DNA of 64,000 nt. Origin: Marispirochaeta sp. GTDB taxonomy: Bacteria > Spirochaetota > Spirochaetia > JC444 > Marispirochaetaceae. A program made the translations under genes and the position numbers. The stretch covers positions 864,001 to 928,000 of the forward strand of contig CAXXFF010000003.1 in the NCBI GenBank assembly GCA_963676835.2, given 5' to 3'. This document shows positions 35,683 to 44,541 of this stretch, one piece after another (within the stretch, counting starts at the first letter, position 1; the number at the start of each line of letters is the position of its first letter). Below the pieces are notes generated by a model. It had not been told where the DNA came from. It worked only from the letters and a program-made list of their open reading frames with translations, and did no database searches.

Positions 35683-37016
35683 ACGCGTTTGTACTCCTTG
35701 ATCTCTTTGCGGATGCGGCTCACCAGGTCGGACTTGTGAACCCTCACCTGCTCCATTGAGTCACGGAAACGGAGGGTTACGGTGCCGTCTTCCTTGGAGT
35801 CGTAATCGACGGTTACACAGAAAGGAGTACCGCCCTCGTCCTGCCGGCGGTAACGGCGGCCGATGGCGCCGGACTGGTCGTAGAATACGTTGAAGTCGTC
35901 CCGGAGGTCCGCCTCAATCTCCTTTGCCAGTTCCGCAATGCCGTCTTTCTTAACCAGGGGCAGGATTGCAACGGTAATGGGAGCAACCCGGGGGTGAAAG
36001 TGCATAACGGTACGAATATCGCCTTCACCCAGATCCTGCTCCTCATAAGCATCGGAGAGAACCATAAGTACGGAGCGGGTAAGACCCGCGGAGGTTTCAA
36101 TTACATAGGGGACAAAGCGCTCACGGGTCTGGTCGTCCAGATAGGTCTGATCCTTGCCGGAAAACTCCTGATGGCGGCCCAGGTCGAAGTCGGTGCGGTT
36201 GTGAACACCTTCGAGCTCCTGCCAGCCCATGGGGAAGAGGTACTCGATGTCGTAGGCGTCCTTGGCGTAGTGAGCCAGTTCATCCGGTCCGTGCTGGTGC
36301 CAGCGCAGGTGGTCTGCCTGAATTCCCAGCTTCTCGTAGTAGCCCATGCGCTGCTCTTTCCAGTAGTTGAAAAACTCATCGTCATCGCCGGGTTTTACAA
36401 AAAACTGCATCTCCATCTGCTCGAACTCACAGGTCCGGAAAATAAAGTTCTTGGTAACAATCTCATTACGGAAGGCTTTTCCAACCTGGGCGATTCCGAA
36501 GGGGATCTTTACCCGGCTGGTCTGCACAACGTTGCGGAAGTTTACGAAGATACCCTGAGCAGTTTCGGGGCGGAGGTAGACAACGTTTTTGTCATCTTTT
36601 ACCGGGCCCAGGTGGGTCTGGAACATCAGGTTGAATTCTCTGGGTTCAGTGAAGGTTCCTTTGCTGCCGCAGACGGGACAGGGAGCTTCAAGATCCACAT
36701 GGTCGGCACGGAAGCGGTTTTTACACTCCTTACAGTCCACCATGGGATCGGAAAAGTTCTCAACGTGGCCGGAGGCTTCCCATACACGGGGGTGCATCAT
36801 GATAGCTGCATCAAGACCCACGATATTGTCGTGGAGCTGGGTCATCTCTTTCCACCAGAAATTCTGGATGTTTTTCTTGAGCTCAACACCCATGGGGCCA
36901 TAGTCCCAGGCGGAAGAGAGTCCTCCGTATATTTCCGATGACTGAAATACAAATCCCCGCCGTTTACAGAGGGATACAATCTTTTCCATGGTTACTTCTG
37001 TGGTCTTTTCTGCCAT
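35679..37016 (-). CDS. glyS: Glycine--tRNA ligase, homodimeric (alpha2) type
   Basis: LCKRRGF, DYGP.G, YLRPETAQGIF, FRNEI, EFEQME, ELEG..NRTDFDL. Confidence 0.96.
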   Translation of the reverse strand: MAEKTTEVTMEKIVSLCKRRGFVFQSSEIYGGLSSAWDYGPMGVELKKNIQNFWWKEMTQLHDNIVGLDAAIMMHPRVWEASGHVENFSDPMVDCKECKNRFRADHVDLEAPCPVCGSKGTFTEPREFNLMFQTHLGPVKDDKNVVYLRPETAQGIFVNFRNVVQTSRVKIPFGIAQVGKAFRNEIVTKNFIFRTCEFEQMEMQFFVKPGDDDEFFNYWKEQRMGYYEKLGIQADHLRWHQHGPDELAHYAKDAYDIEYLFPMGWQELEGVHNRTDFDLGRHQEFSGKDQTYLDDQTRERFVPYVIETSAGLTRSVLMVLSDAYEEQDLGEGDIRTVMHFHPRVAPITVAILPLVKKDGIAELAKEIEADLRDDFNVFYDQSGAIGRRYRRQDEGGTPFCVTVDYDSKEDGTVTLRFRDSMEQVRVHKSDLVSRIRKEIKEYKRV

Positions 37017-37069
37017 TATTCTGCTCCTGATTCTTCAGTTAATCTGTTATTTCTCTGGTGCCGCGCCGC

Positions 37070-38545
37070 TTACAGGCGGCTTTTAAGGGCTGCGATGAGC
37101 CGGTCGATCCTGCGCAGGGACTCATCTATACCGATAAGTTCACAGGACTCCAAAAGCGGCGGCGACACATTGCTGCCGGTGACACCCACCCGTAAGGGGC
37201 CCATCATATCGCCAAGTTTTACTTCAAGTTCTTCTGATTTGCTGCGGAAGCTATTCTCAACATCTTCAATGGAATTCTCTTTAAGAGATGCAACAAGATC
37301 CCGGCCTGCGGAAAGAACTTCGACAGTCTTTGCAATATCAAGCTTTTTGGGAACCGCAATCTCCGGATCCTCGGGCTCAACATCCTTAAACAGGAATTTC
37401 ACCAGAGACCCGATTTCTCCCAGGGTCTTCAGCCGGGGTTTAACCAGCTCCATGAAGTTGTCAATTACCTTCTGCTCCTCATCGGTGGGAGGATCGGCGA
37501 TAACATCCGCCTCAACCAGAAAGGGAATGAGCTGCTTTTTCAGCTCAGCGTCTTCGGTGTTGCGGATATACTGGCCGTTGAACCAGGCAAGCTTCTTGTA
37601 GTCAAAAACACCGGGTGCCTTGTTGAGCTTGTCCAGGGTAAACAGCTCTTCCAGCTCTTTTATAGTAAAGAACTCCCTGGAATCATCATAACTCCAGCCG
37701 ATGAGTGACACATAGTTAATAAGAGCTTCCGGAAGGTATCCCTCTTTGCGGAACTCCCGCACACTTGTGGACCCATGACGCTTGGAAAGCTTCTGGCCGT
37801 CTTTTCCCATTACCATGGGAAGGTGACAGTATTTGGGCGGCTCCCAGCCGAATGCCTGGTAAAGCAGGACATGCAGAGGCCCGGAGGGAATCCACTCCTG
37901 AGCCCGGAGAATATGGGTGATCTGCATATAGTGATCGTCCACCACATTGGCCAGGTGATAGGTGGGAAAACCGTCGCCTTTAAGTATTACCGGATCGGGG
38001 TTTATATCTTTGTTCTTACGTTTTATGTCGCCCATGATCTCGTCATGGAAGCTTGTTGCGCCGTCCAGGGGAATCTTGAAGCGTATTACCGGCTTCAGGC
38101 CCTTCTCTTCCAGCTCCGCTGCCAGCTTCTTCTCCTCGTCAGGGGAAAGATCACGGCAGCGGCGGTCGTAGCCGGTTGCCTTCTTCTGGCTTGCCCGCAT
38201 CTCTTCTAACCTTTCGGCGGTGCAGTAGCAGCGGTAGGCGTGTCCCGATTCCAGCAGCTTGTCTGCATACTCCCGGTAGAGATCAAAACGCTCGGACTGT
38301 ACGTAGGGGCCGAAATCCCCCCCCACATCCGGGCCTTCGTCCCATTTGATGCCGAGCCACTCAAAGGTGTCGTAGAGATCCTGCAGGGATTCATCGGAGT
38401 AGCGGGTCTGGTCGGTATCTTCCACCCGGAGAATGAATTTGCCCCCCTGACTGCGGGCAAAAAAGTAGTTGAATAGTGCGGTTCGAACTCCGCCGATATG
38501 CTGAAGACCCGTCGGTGACGGGGCGTAGCGGACGCGTACGCTCAT
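37070..38545 (-). CDS. gltX: Glutamate--tRNA ligase
   Basis: RVRYAPSPTG.QHIGG, RVEDTD, PTYHLANVVDDH, KLSKR. Confidence 0.97.
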   Translation of the reverse strand: MSVRVRYAPSPTGLQHIGGVRTALFNYFFARSQGGKFILRVEDTDQTRYSDESLQDLYDTFEWLGIKWDEGPDVGGDFGPYVQSERFDLYREYADKLLESGHAYRCYCTAERLEEMRASQKKATGYDRRCRDLSPDEEKKLAAELEEKGLKPVIRFKIPLDGATSFHDEIMGDIKRKNKDINPDPVILKGDGFPTYHLANVVDDHYMQITHILRAQEWIPSGPLHVLLYQAFGWEPPKYCHLPMVMGKDGQKLSKRHGSTSVREFRKEGYLPEALINYVSLIGWSYDDSREFFTIKELEELFTLDKLNKAPGVFDYKKLAWFNGQYIRNTEDAELKKQLIPFLVEADVIADPPTDEEQKVIDNFMELVKPRLKTLGEIGSLVKFLFKDVEPEDPEIAVPKKLDIAKTVEVLSAGRDLVASLKENSIEDVENSFRSKSEELEVKLGDMMGPLRVGVTGSNVSPPLLESCELIGIDESLRRIDRLIAALKSRL

Positions 38546-38687
38546 GGCAATCCTCGAATAGTATTCTAAATCTAAAATAGTCTGTTAAGAGATAGTCGAG
38601 TTGTGATTATAGCGGGGCGGAAAGGAGGCAGTCAACAGCAGAATTTAACAGGAGAACCACGGCTGCCCTGGCGCAGGAATGATGACT

Positions 38688-38996
38688 CTAGGGCAAATCC
38701 TGCCGGTAGAACTCCAGAGCCTCCTCCAGCAGAGCTTCCCACTCATCTTCCAGGCTGCCGGCAAAACGTTTTCGGCCGGCATGTTCATACCAGTAGTCAG
38801 CGTTCCACAGAACCCCTTCCTTGCGGTGCAGGTAGGCATGAACCGCACTTCCCTGGGGAGTGGGAATAGACTGGGCTATGGAGTGGGCAAAATCCCAGTC
38901 ATCCTTCCGGTCCCACCAGAGAGCCTGAAGTACCTGATCCATATCCGATGGAGGTGAACTTCGTTCAAGGCTGGCGTGAAAATCTTTTAGAGTCAT
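38688..38996 (-). CDS. Conserved small hypothetical protein
   Basis: W..AH.IAQ, HAYLHRKEG...NA.YWY pattern. Confidence 0.75.
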   Translation of the reverse strand: MTLKDFHASLERSSPPSDMDQVLQALWWDRKDDWDFAHSIAQSIPTPQGSAVHAYLHRKEGVLWNADYWYEHAGRKRFAGSLEDEWEALLEEALEFYRQDLP

Positions 38997-39053
38997 ATGG
39001 GGAAAGTTACTTATAAATAGAGAGTGATGTCGACTCTTTTTTCTTCCGCCGGC

Positions 39054-39437
39054 TTAATTCATTACAGGAAGGGCAGACTCAAACTGACCGGTGGAGAGGA
39101 GCACCAGTGTACAGGCTTCCAGGTAAGGGATTCCCGCTTCATCAAGAGCCTTCATAAGCTCATCCGACTCGGTTCCGGGGTTGAAAATAACCCGGCCTGG
39201 TTTGAGGGCCAGGATTGCCTCTATTTCTCCCTTAATATGTTTGGGACCGATGTAAAGCGTGAGGGTATGAACCTTTTCAGGGATATCTGCCAGAGACTTG
39301 AAAACCGGAGTACCTTCAATGTCTTCCAGCACCTGGTTAACCGGCGCTACAGCGTAACCATGGCTCTTGAGCATGGTCATGGCCTTGTAGGCATATCGTT
39401 CAGGTTTCTTACTGGCACCTAATATGGCAATCTGCAT
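39054..39437 (-). CDS. CoA-binding protein (YccU-like)
   Basis: ILGASKKPERY, TLTLY, FNPGTE, EACTLV. Confidence 0.88.
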   Translation of the reverse strand: MQIAILGASKKPERYAYKAMTMLKSHGYAVAPVNQVLEDIEGTPVFKSLADIPEKVHTLTLYIGPKHIKGEIEAILALKPGRVIFNPGTESDELMKALDEAGIPYLEACTLVLLSTGQFESALPVMN

Positions 39438-39510
39438 AATTTCTCCTATATAACATTTATAATATATTAAAACAGCCCCGAAGAGACAAGTCCCCGGTTT
39501 TTACGGGGGC

Positions 39511-40728
39511 TTATACCTGGCGGTAACTTGCCAGAAAATCCTTAAGATCGTTCATTACCCGTTCAAGCTCATCCACCCGGGGAAGAAAGACAATACGGAA
39601 ATGGTCAGGGTCGGGCCAGTTGAAGCCGGTTCCCTGCACCATGAGCACCTTTTTCTCTTTAAGAAAATCAAGAATAAACTGCATGTCGTTGGTAATGCCG
39701 AAACGCTTGATATCTATCTTCGGAAACAGGTAAAGGGCGCCCCTCGGTTTTACGCAGCTTATTCCGGGAATCTCGGTAAGAATACTGTAGGCCATATCCC
39801 GCTGTTCCCGAAGACGTCCTCCGGGGATAATCAGGTCCTTGATACTCTGGTAGCCCCCAAGAGCAGCCTGAATGGCATACTGGGCGGGAACATTGGCGCA
39901 GAGACGCATATTGGAAAGCATGTTAAGCCCTTCAAGATAGTCCTGGGCATGTGATTTCCGGCCGCTTAATATCATCCATCCCGCCCGGAAACCGGCGGCA
40001 CGATACACTTTGGAAAGTCCGTTAAAGGTAACCATGAGAATATCATCCGCCAGGGATGCCGTGGGAGTGTGGGTATTGTCATCGTAGAGAATCTTGTCGT
40101 AGATCTCATCGGAAAACAGAATCAGATCGTGTTTGCGGGCAAGTTCAACAATCCCTTCAAGTATTTCCTTCGGGTAGACACTGCCGGTGGGATTGTTGGG
40201 GTTTATAATAACAATACCCTTGGTTCTGTCACTTATTTTCGACTCCATGTCGTCCAGGTCGGGAAACCAGTCGGAGGATTCGTCGCAGATGTAGTGAACA
40301 GCTTTTCCCCCCGCCAGGGTAGCGGCCGCAGTCCAGAGGGGATAATCGGGAGCGGGAATAAGCACCTCGTCGCCGTTGTTTAAAAGCCCCTGCATGGACA
40401 TTACAATCAGTTCGCTGACACCGTTGCCGATATAGATATCCTCGGTTCCCACGCCGGGAATACCGATCTGCTGGCAATACTGCATTACCGCCTTCCGGGC
40501 GGAAAAAAGTCCTTTTGAATCAATATAGCCCTGGGCATCGTGCAGGTTGTGAACCATGTCATGGAGGAGTTCATCCGGGGCGTTGAAACCGAACACGTAG
40601 GGGTTTCCGGTGTTCAGCTTCATTACATGGTAGCCCTCCTCTTCGAGCCTCTGGGCTTCGCTGAGAACGGGCCCGCGGATATCGTAACAGACTTCATCGA
40701 GCTTGCTGGATTTTGTGTAGACCTTCAT
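39511..40728 (-). CDS. alaA: PLP-dependent aminotransferase (AlaA/AlaT type)
   Basis: YDIRGPV, GNGVSELI, PDYPLWTAA, NPNNPTG, DEIYDK, GLSK.YR..GFR.GW. Confidence 0.9.
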   Translation of the reverse strand: MKVYTKSSKLDEVCYDIRGPVLSEAQRLEEEGYHVMKLNTGNPYVFGFNAPDELLHDMVHNLHDAQGYIDSKGLFSARKAVMQYCQQIGIPGVGTEDIYIGNGVSELIVMSMQGLLNNGDEVLIPAPDYPLWTAAATLAGGKAVHYICDESSDWFPDLDDMESKISDRTKGIVIINPNNPTGSVYPKEILEGIVELARKHDLILFSDEIYDKILYDDNTHTPTASLADDILMVTFNGLSKVYRAAGFRAGWMILSGRKSHAQDYLEGLNMLSNMRLCANVPAQYAIQAALGGYQSIKDLIIPGGRLREQRDMAYSILTEIPGISCVKPRGALYLFPKIDIKRFGITNDMQFILDFLKEKKVLMVQGTGFNWPDPDHFRIVFLPRVDELERVMNDLKDFLASYRQV

Positions 40729-41562
40729 TTATGCATCTTCTCCGGGTGTACTTTCCTGTGGTTCCGCAAGGGCCGAATAGAGCCAGTCAACAGCCTCTTC
40801 AACAACCTTGCCGAGAACAACAATATGCACCTCTGCCCGGGCTTTGACAATCTCTTTCTCGAGGGCTTCCCTTGTAAAACGCTTTTTAAGATCCATGCGC
40901 ATATTCTCTTTAATTTTCTGCGCTTCCACATCATCAAGGGCGGCAGTCTCAAGCATATAGGCATTCAGAAGAGTGAGTACCGGATCGGTCCAGTCCAGAA
41001 TTGAAAGAAACTGAACCTTTGCTTCGCTGAGCTTTTTCTGAAGAAGCAGGGAAAAACCGTAACTCCAGACTATCCACAGCCGTGTCTTTACCTTGCTTTC
41101 CAGAAACTCCCGGAAAAAGGCTTCTGCCTTTGCAGGCTCGCTCCCCAGAATATAGGGAACTCCAAGGGTAAGAACAAACTCCTCCAGCATGGCCGGCTTT
41201 TTCTCCCGCAGGAGCATTTCTACGCGGGTAAGTATATCCAGACGGCTGCTGACAAGTGCCGCATTAATGCAGATCTTTATATCCTGTTTCCTGAAACGTC
41301 CGTTTTCCATACGGCCGAGAACATGACTGATAATGCCGCTCCAGTCCTCTTTCTCGAGAAGAGAGAAGAGCCGCCAGTGCATAAGGAAGTACAAATTAAG
41401 CAGAGCCATAACCAGAAAGAAGACAAGAGGCAGGTACCAGTTACCCGTCCAGAAATCCCGGGTATAGTCCCATCCAAGGACCAGAAGAGGCATAAAAAAT
41501 ATAATAAGGAAGGAGAATAGGATTACTATATTAAAAAGAGTAAAAATTATCTTAAATTTCAC
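40729..41562 (-). CDS. Hypothetical membrane protein (2 TM + helical domain)
   Basis: GTG start with AGGAGA RBS, two hydrophobic helices; abuts alaA. Confidence 0.75.
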   Translation of the reverse strand: MKFKIIFTLFNIVILFSFLIIFFMPLLVLGWDYTRDFWTGNWYLPLVFFLVMALLNLYFLMHWRLFSLLEKEDWSGIISHVLGRMENGRFRKQDIKICINAALVSSRLDILTRVEMLLREKKPAMLEEFVLTLGVPYILGSEPAKAEAFFREFLESKVKTRLWIVWSYGFSLLLQKKLSEAKVQFLSILDWTDPVLTLLNAYMLETAALDDVEAQKIKENMRMDLKKRFTREALEKEIVKARAEVHIVVLGKVVEEAVDWLYSALAEPQESTPGEDA

Positions 41563-41671
41563 CGAAATTCTCCTATAATATATAAGAGGGAGTGTAAAGT
41601 ATTCCCTTTGTGGGGTCAACGGCAGAAATTCTGCCGGGCTTTGGAATGCGCAATAAGGAAAATGATGCATC

Positions 41672-42832
41672 GTGAATAAGGTCAGTATTGATAATCTCCC
41701 TGTAAATCTGTACATCGACGCTCCGGTATTCCTGGACGAAAACTATATTCTCCTATCCCCGGATGTCAGAATTAACAAAGAACTTATCAGCCGACTTCAG
41801 AAATGGCAGTACCGGGAAGTCTTTACCGACGGCTCACCCACGGATAAGGCCAGCACCATTCTCACCGACGGTTCAGAAGGCTCTCTGAATCTCTTTAAAG
41901 GAGACGCCCAGGAGAGCGGGGAACGACAGGAGGTGTTGGATTTCTATAAGGCCACCATTGCCAAGGTAATGACCATATATGAACGCTTTATCGATAGAGA
42001 AGAACTCCGTATCGATGAAATCACCGATATCATTAAAGAGATTATCTCAACCCTCAAGAGTTCCAGACGTTTTCTTTTGAGCGTTCCCTTTACCGCTCAG
42101 CCCGATGATGAATACCTGGCATCAAGCTGTCTGAAAACCTCAATCATCTGCCTTGCTGTAGGAGATTTTCTCAAGCTTCCTCCTCACAAGCTTATTGAAG
42201 TGGGAATGGCCGGACTGCTGCACAAGATAGGCATGATAAAGATCCCCAAACAGATCTACATGAGCGACCGCCCCTTAAGCCCCAACGAACGAAAAACCAT
42301 CTACGCCAACCCCATTATCGGATACCGCATTCTTAAAGCTGCCTCTTTTCCTGCAACAGTATGTCTTGCGGTACTGGAACATGCGGAACATGTGGACGGC
42401 ACCGGATACCCCAGAAAACTGATGGGAGATAAAATATCGCTCTTCGGCAAGATCGTTGGAGTAGCAACTGCCTACAACGGTGCAGTCTCCCGCCGCCCCT
42501 ACAAAGAAGAACGGGATGGGCATACCGGTATAATGGACCTCCTGAAGGATATCGGAAAGCAGTTTGACGAGCGTATCCTCAGGGCCCTGGTCTATACTCT
42601 CTCCATCTACCCGATAGGGACCTATGTTGAACTTAACAACGGGGCCAAAGGCGTTGTCGTACGTACAGACATCCGGGACCCGAAATATCCCGCAGTCAGG
42701 CTGCTGGTAAATGAACACGATAACCTCTACGCGGAAGCACCTATTCTGCAGACAAAAGAGGGCGACGGAATTCAGATTACCCGGTCACTTCCCCCCGCGG
42801 CTGTGAGAGAACTTGAAACCCGTCTGGGATAA
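41672..42832 (+). CDS. HD-GYP-family c-di-GMP phosphodiesterase-like protein (HK-GYP variant)
   Basis: GLLHKIG, EHAEHVDGTGYP, RPYK, IYPIGTYVELN.G. Confidence 0.85.
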   Translation: MNKVSIDNLPVNLYIDAPVFLDENYILLSPDVRINKELISRLQKWQYREVFTDGSPTDKASTILTDGSEGSLNLFKGDAQESGERQEVLDFYKATIAKVMTIYERFIDREELRIDEITDIIKEIISTLKSSRRFLLSVPFTAQPDDEYLASSCLKTSIICLAVGDFLKLPPHKLIEVGMAGLLHKIGMIKIPKQIYMSDRPLSPNERKTIYANPIIGYRILKAASFPATVCLAVLEHAEHVDGTGYPRKLMGDKISLFGKIVGVATAYNGAVSRRPYKEERDGHTGIMDLLKDIGKQFDERILRALVYTLSIYPIGTYVELNNGAKGVVVRTDIRDPKYPAVRLLVNEHDNLYAEAPILQTKEGDGIQITRSLPPAAVRELETRLG

Positions 42833-42847
42833 ATATCAAAATCAGCG

Positions 42848-42877
42848 TTGACAGGAAGCGGTAGTATGGTCTACCGT
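42848..42877 (+). promoter_or_regulatory. Promoter with overlapping palindromic operator
   Basis: TTGACA at 42848; CGGTAG-N6-CTACCG at 42859-42876 covers the spacer and -10 region. Confidence 0.5.
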
Positions 42878-42912
42878 TGCTCTCACCCTGAAGGGATTAC
42901 CACGAAATAACC

Positions 42913-44088
42913 ATGAGAAGATCACGCGCAAAAAATAATTCCGGGACCTCTCAGGTTCCGATGCTGCTTCGTCAGCTTTTGACCGCCGAAGAAAAAAATA
43001 AAGCAGAACTCAAACAGTCAATCATCAGGATTCTGAGAGATCCGGGAGAGATAATCCGCAGCGGGATACTGGATACTGCACACCCGCTCTACCTGAATGC
43101 ACAGCTTGTGGACGACGCCCTGGAATCCGTTACCAACGGTATGGAGGATCCGGCACTGATGGAGCTGCTTTTAAAGGTTCCGGACGATTCCATAGTCGGG
43201 CCCTGGAAGCGGGCCGTTCTTGCAATACAGGCCTTTTATCACGGCAACCGGACCGATCTCTCCATGCACCGTAACCATATACCGGAAGGAACCCCTCCGG
43301 GAAAACTGGCAAATCTGGCCGGCGATATTCTCCAGGGAAAATACACTTCAGAAAAAGCCGACACCGGGGTTCACCGCTTTGCAGCGGATATTCTCCAGTC
43401 CCCTGACTACATCGGTGCTGCCGGCGAACAGATGGAAGAAGCCCTGGAAATGGGAATGGCCGATCTATTCTGCGAAACAGCTGCGATGCTCCTGCGCGAT
43501 ATCGAACGGGAATATCCTGCGGAGGCGGCAGACTTTGCCGTATGGGCCTTTTCCCGGCTTGCCGCAGAGGACCAGTCTTTAATGAGCCTCCTGAAGCGGT
43601 TCCGGCCCCTCTTCGGAGAGCCAGAAACCTACCGGCTGGCAGCCCTGGGGGTTCTTGAAGAAGATGCCGATGCAGCCCTGTTTTTCTGGCTGAAATATAT
43701 AACCTGCCAGCTCGAAGAGAATCTGCCGGAGAAGGAAACCCTTGCGGCAGCCCTTACCATTGCAGCAGAAATTGGTGAAAGGGGATCGGTATTTTCCATG
43801 GAAGAGGATTCACAGGAAAATACGACCGAAGATGAGCTGCTCAGACAGCAGTTTGCCAAACTTCTGGGGACTCTCAGCGAAAATATTTTCAGTATCTTTC
43901 CTCTTATAAAAATGATGCCTATTAATGATCCCGCAGGATGCAGGGCAGCTGCAGATCTGATTATGCCTTCCATCTCCGGACAGGAAGCGCCTGATGCAGA
44001 GATCAACCGTTCATCCGCCGAAACACGGGACAAAGCAGTCCGCCCGAAAGAGAGCAGCGAACCACTGCAACTTGAACTTTTTGCCTGA
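42913..44088 (+). CDS. Hypothetical helical protein ending in QLELFA
   Basis: 391-aa ORF with no recognised domain. Confidence 0.7.
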   Translation: MRRSRAKNNSGTSQVPMLLRQLLTAEEKNKAELKQSIIRILRDPGEIIRSGILDTAHPLYLNAQLVDDALESVTNGMEDPALMELLLKVPDDSIVGPWKRAVLAIQAFYHGNRTDLSMHRNHIPEGTPPGKLANLAGDILQGKYTSEKADTGVHRFAADILQSPDYIGAAGEQMEEALEMGMADLFCETAAMLLRDIEREYPAEAADFAVWAFSRLAAEDQSLMSLLKRFRPLFGEPETYRLAALGVLEEDADAALFFWLKYITCQLEENLPEKETLAAALTIAAEIGERGSVFSMEEDSQENTTEDELLRQQFAKLLGTLSENIFSIFPLIKMMPINDPAGCRAAADLIMPSISGQEAPDAEINRSSAETRDKAVRPKESSEPLQLELFA

Positions 44089-44101
44089 GGAGTAGTTTGA
44101 A

Positions 44102-44425
44102 ATGTCACTGCTTGCCGCTGATCCCTTCAGCCTGCTGGGAATATCCCGCAATGCCGGCCTTACAGAGATTCAAAATGCCTATAACAGCTTAATGGAAATC
44201 AGCAGCCCGGAAGAGCGGGAGGAGCTGGAAAAAAGCTGCGCATTTCTGCTTACCCCCGGAGGACTGGCCTATGCCCGTCTGGCCCTTCCGGGAGGAGGAA
44301 AAAGCTTTAACCAGCTGAAGAACGGGCTCCCTCCCCGTCCACGCTATCTTGGTCCGGGAAAATGGAAAAAAGTGCTGGGACGTATGCTTCAGGACGAAGA
44401 CACTACCTCCTTAAACAAAACCTGA
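44102..44425 (+). CDS. Small protein with DnaJ-like N-terminus lacking HPD
   Basis: DPFSLLGISRNA...EIQNAY; AGGAG RBS. Confidence 0.6.
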   Translation: MSLLAADPFSLLGISRNAGLTEIQNAYNSLMEISSPEEREELEKSCAFLLTPGGLAYARLALPGGGKSFNQLKNGLPPRPRYLGPGKWKKVLGRMLQDEDTTSLNKT

Positions 44426-44541
44426 AACCCCGGTTCCGCACCGTAAGAAGCGTCAACTGCATTTCCAGCATATCTCTCCTTGCCGCTTACCGGTTTATCC
44501 CCTAAGCTATTAGTATCTGATCTGGAAAAAAGGAGTCGGCC

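Noticed and set aside
35994..36941. Long antisense ORFs over glyS and other conserved genes (e.g. 44734-45477, 50762-51493, 63080-63859)
   Set aside because: These are shadow ORFs produced by codon bias on the opposite strand of well-supported genes.
38546..38690. T-box riboswitch ahead of gltX-glyS-tyrS
   Set aside because: The region is short and I see no T-box consensus or terminator/antiterminator pair.
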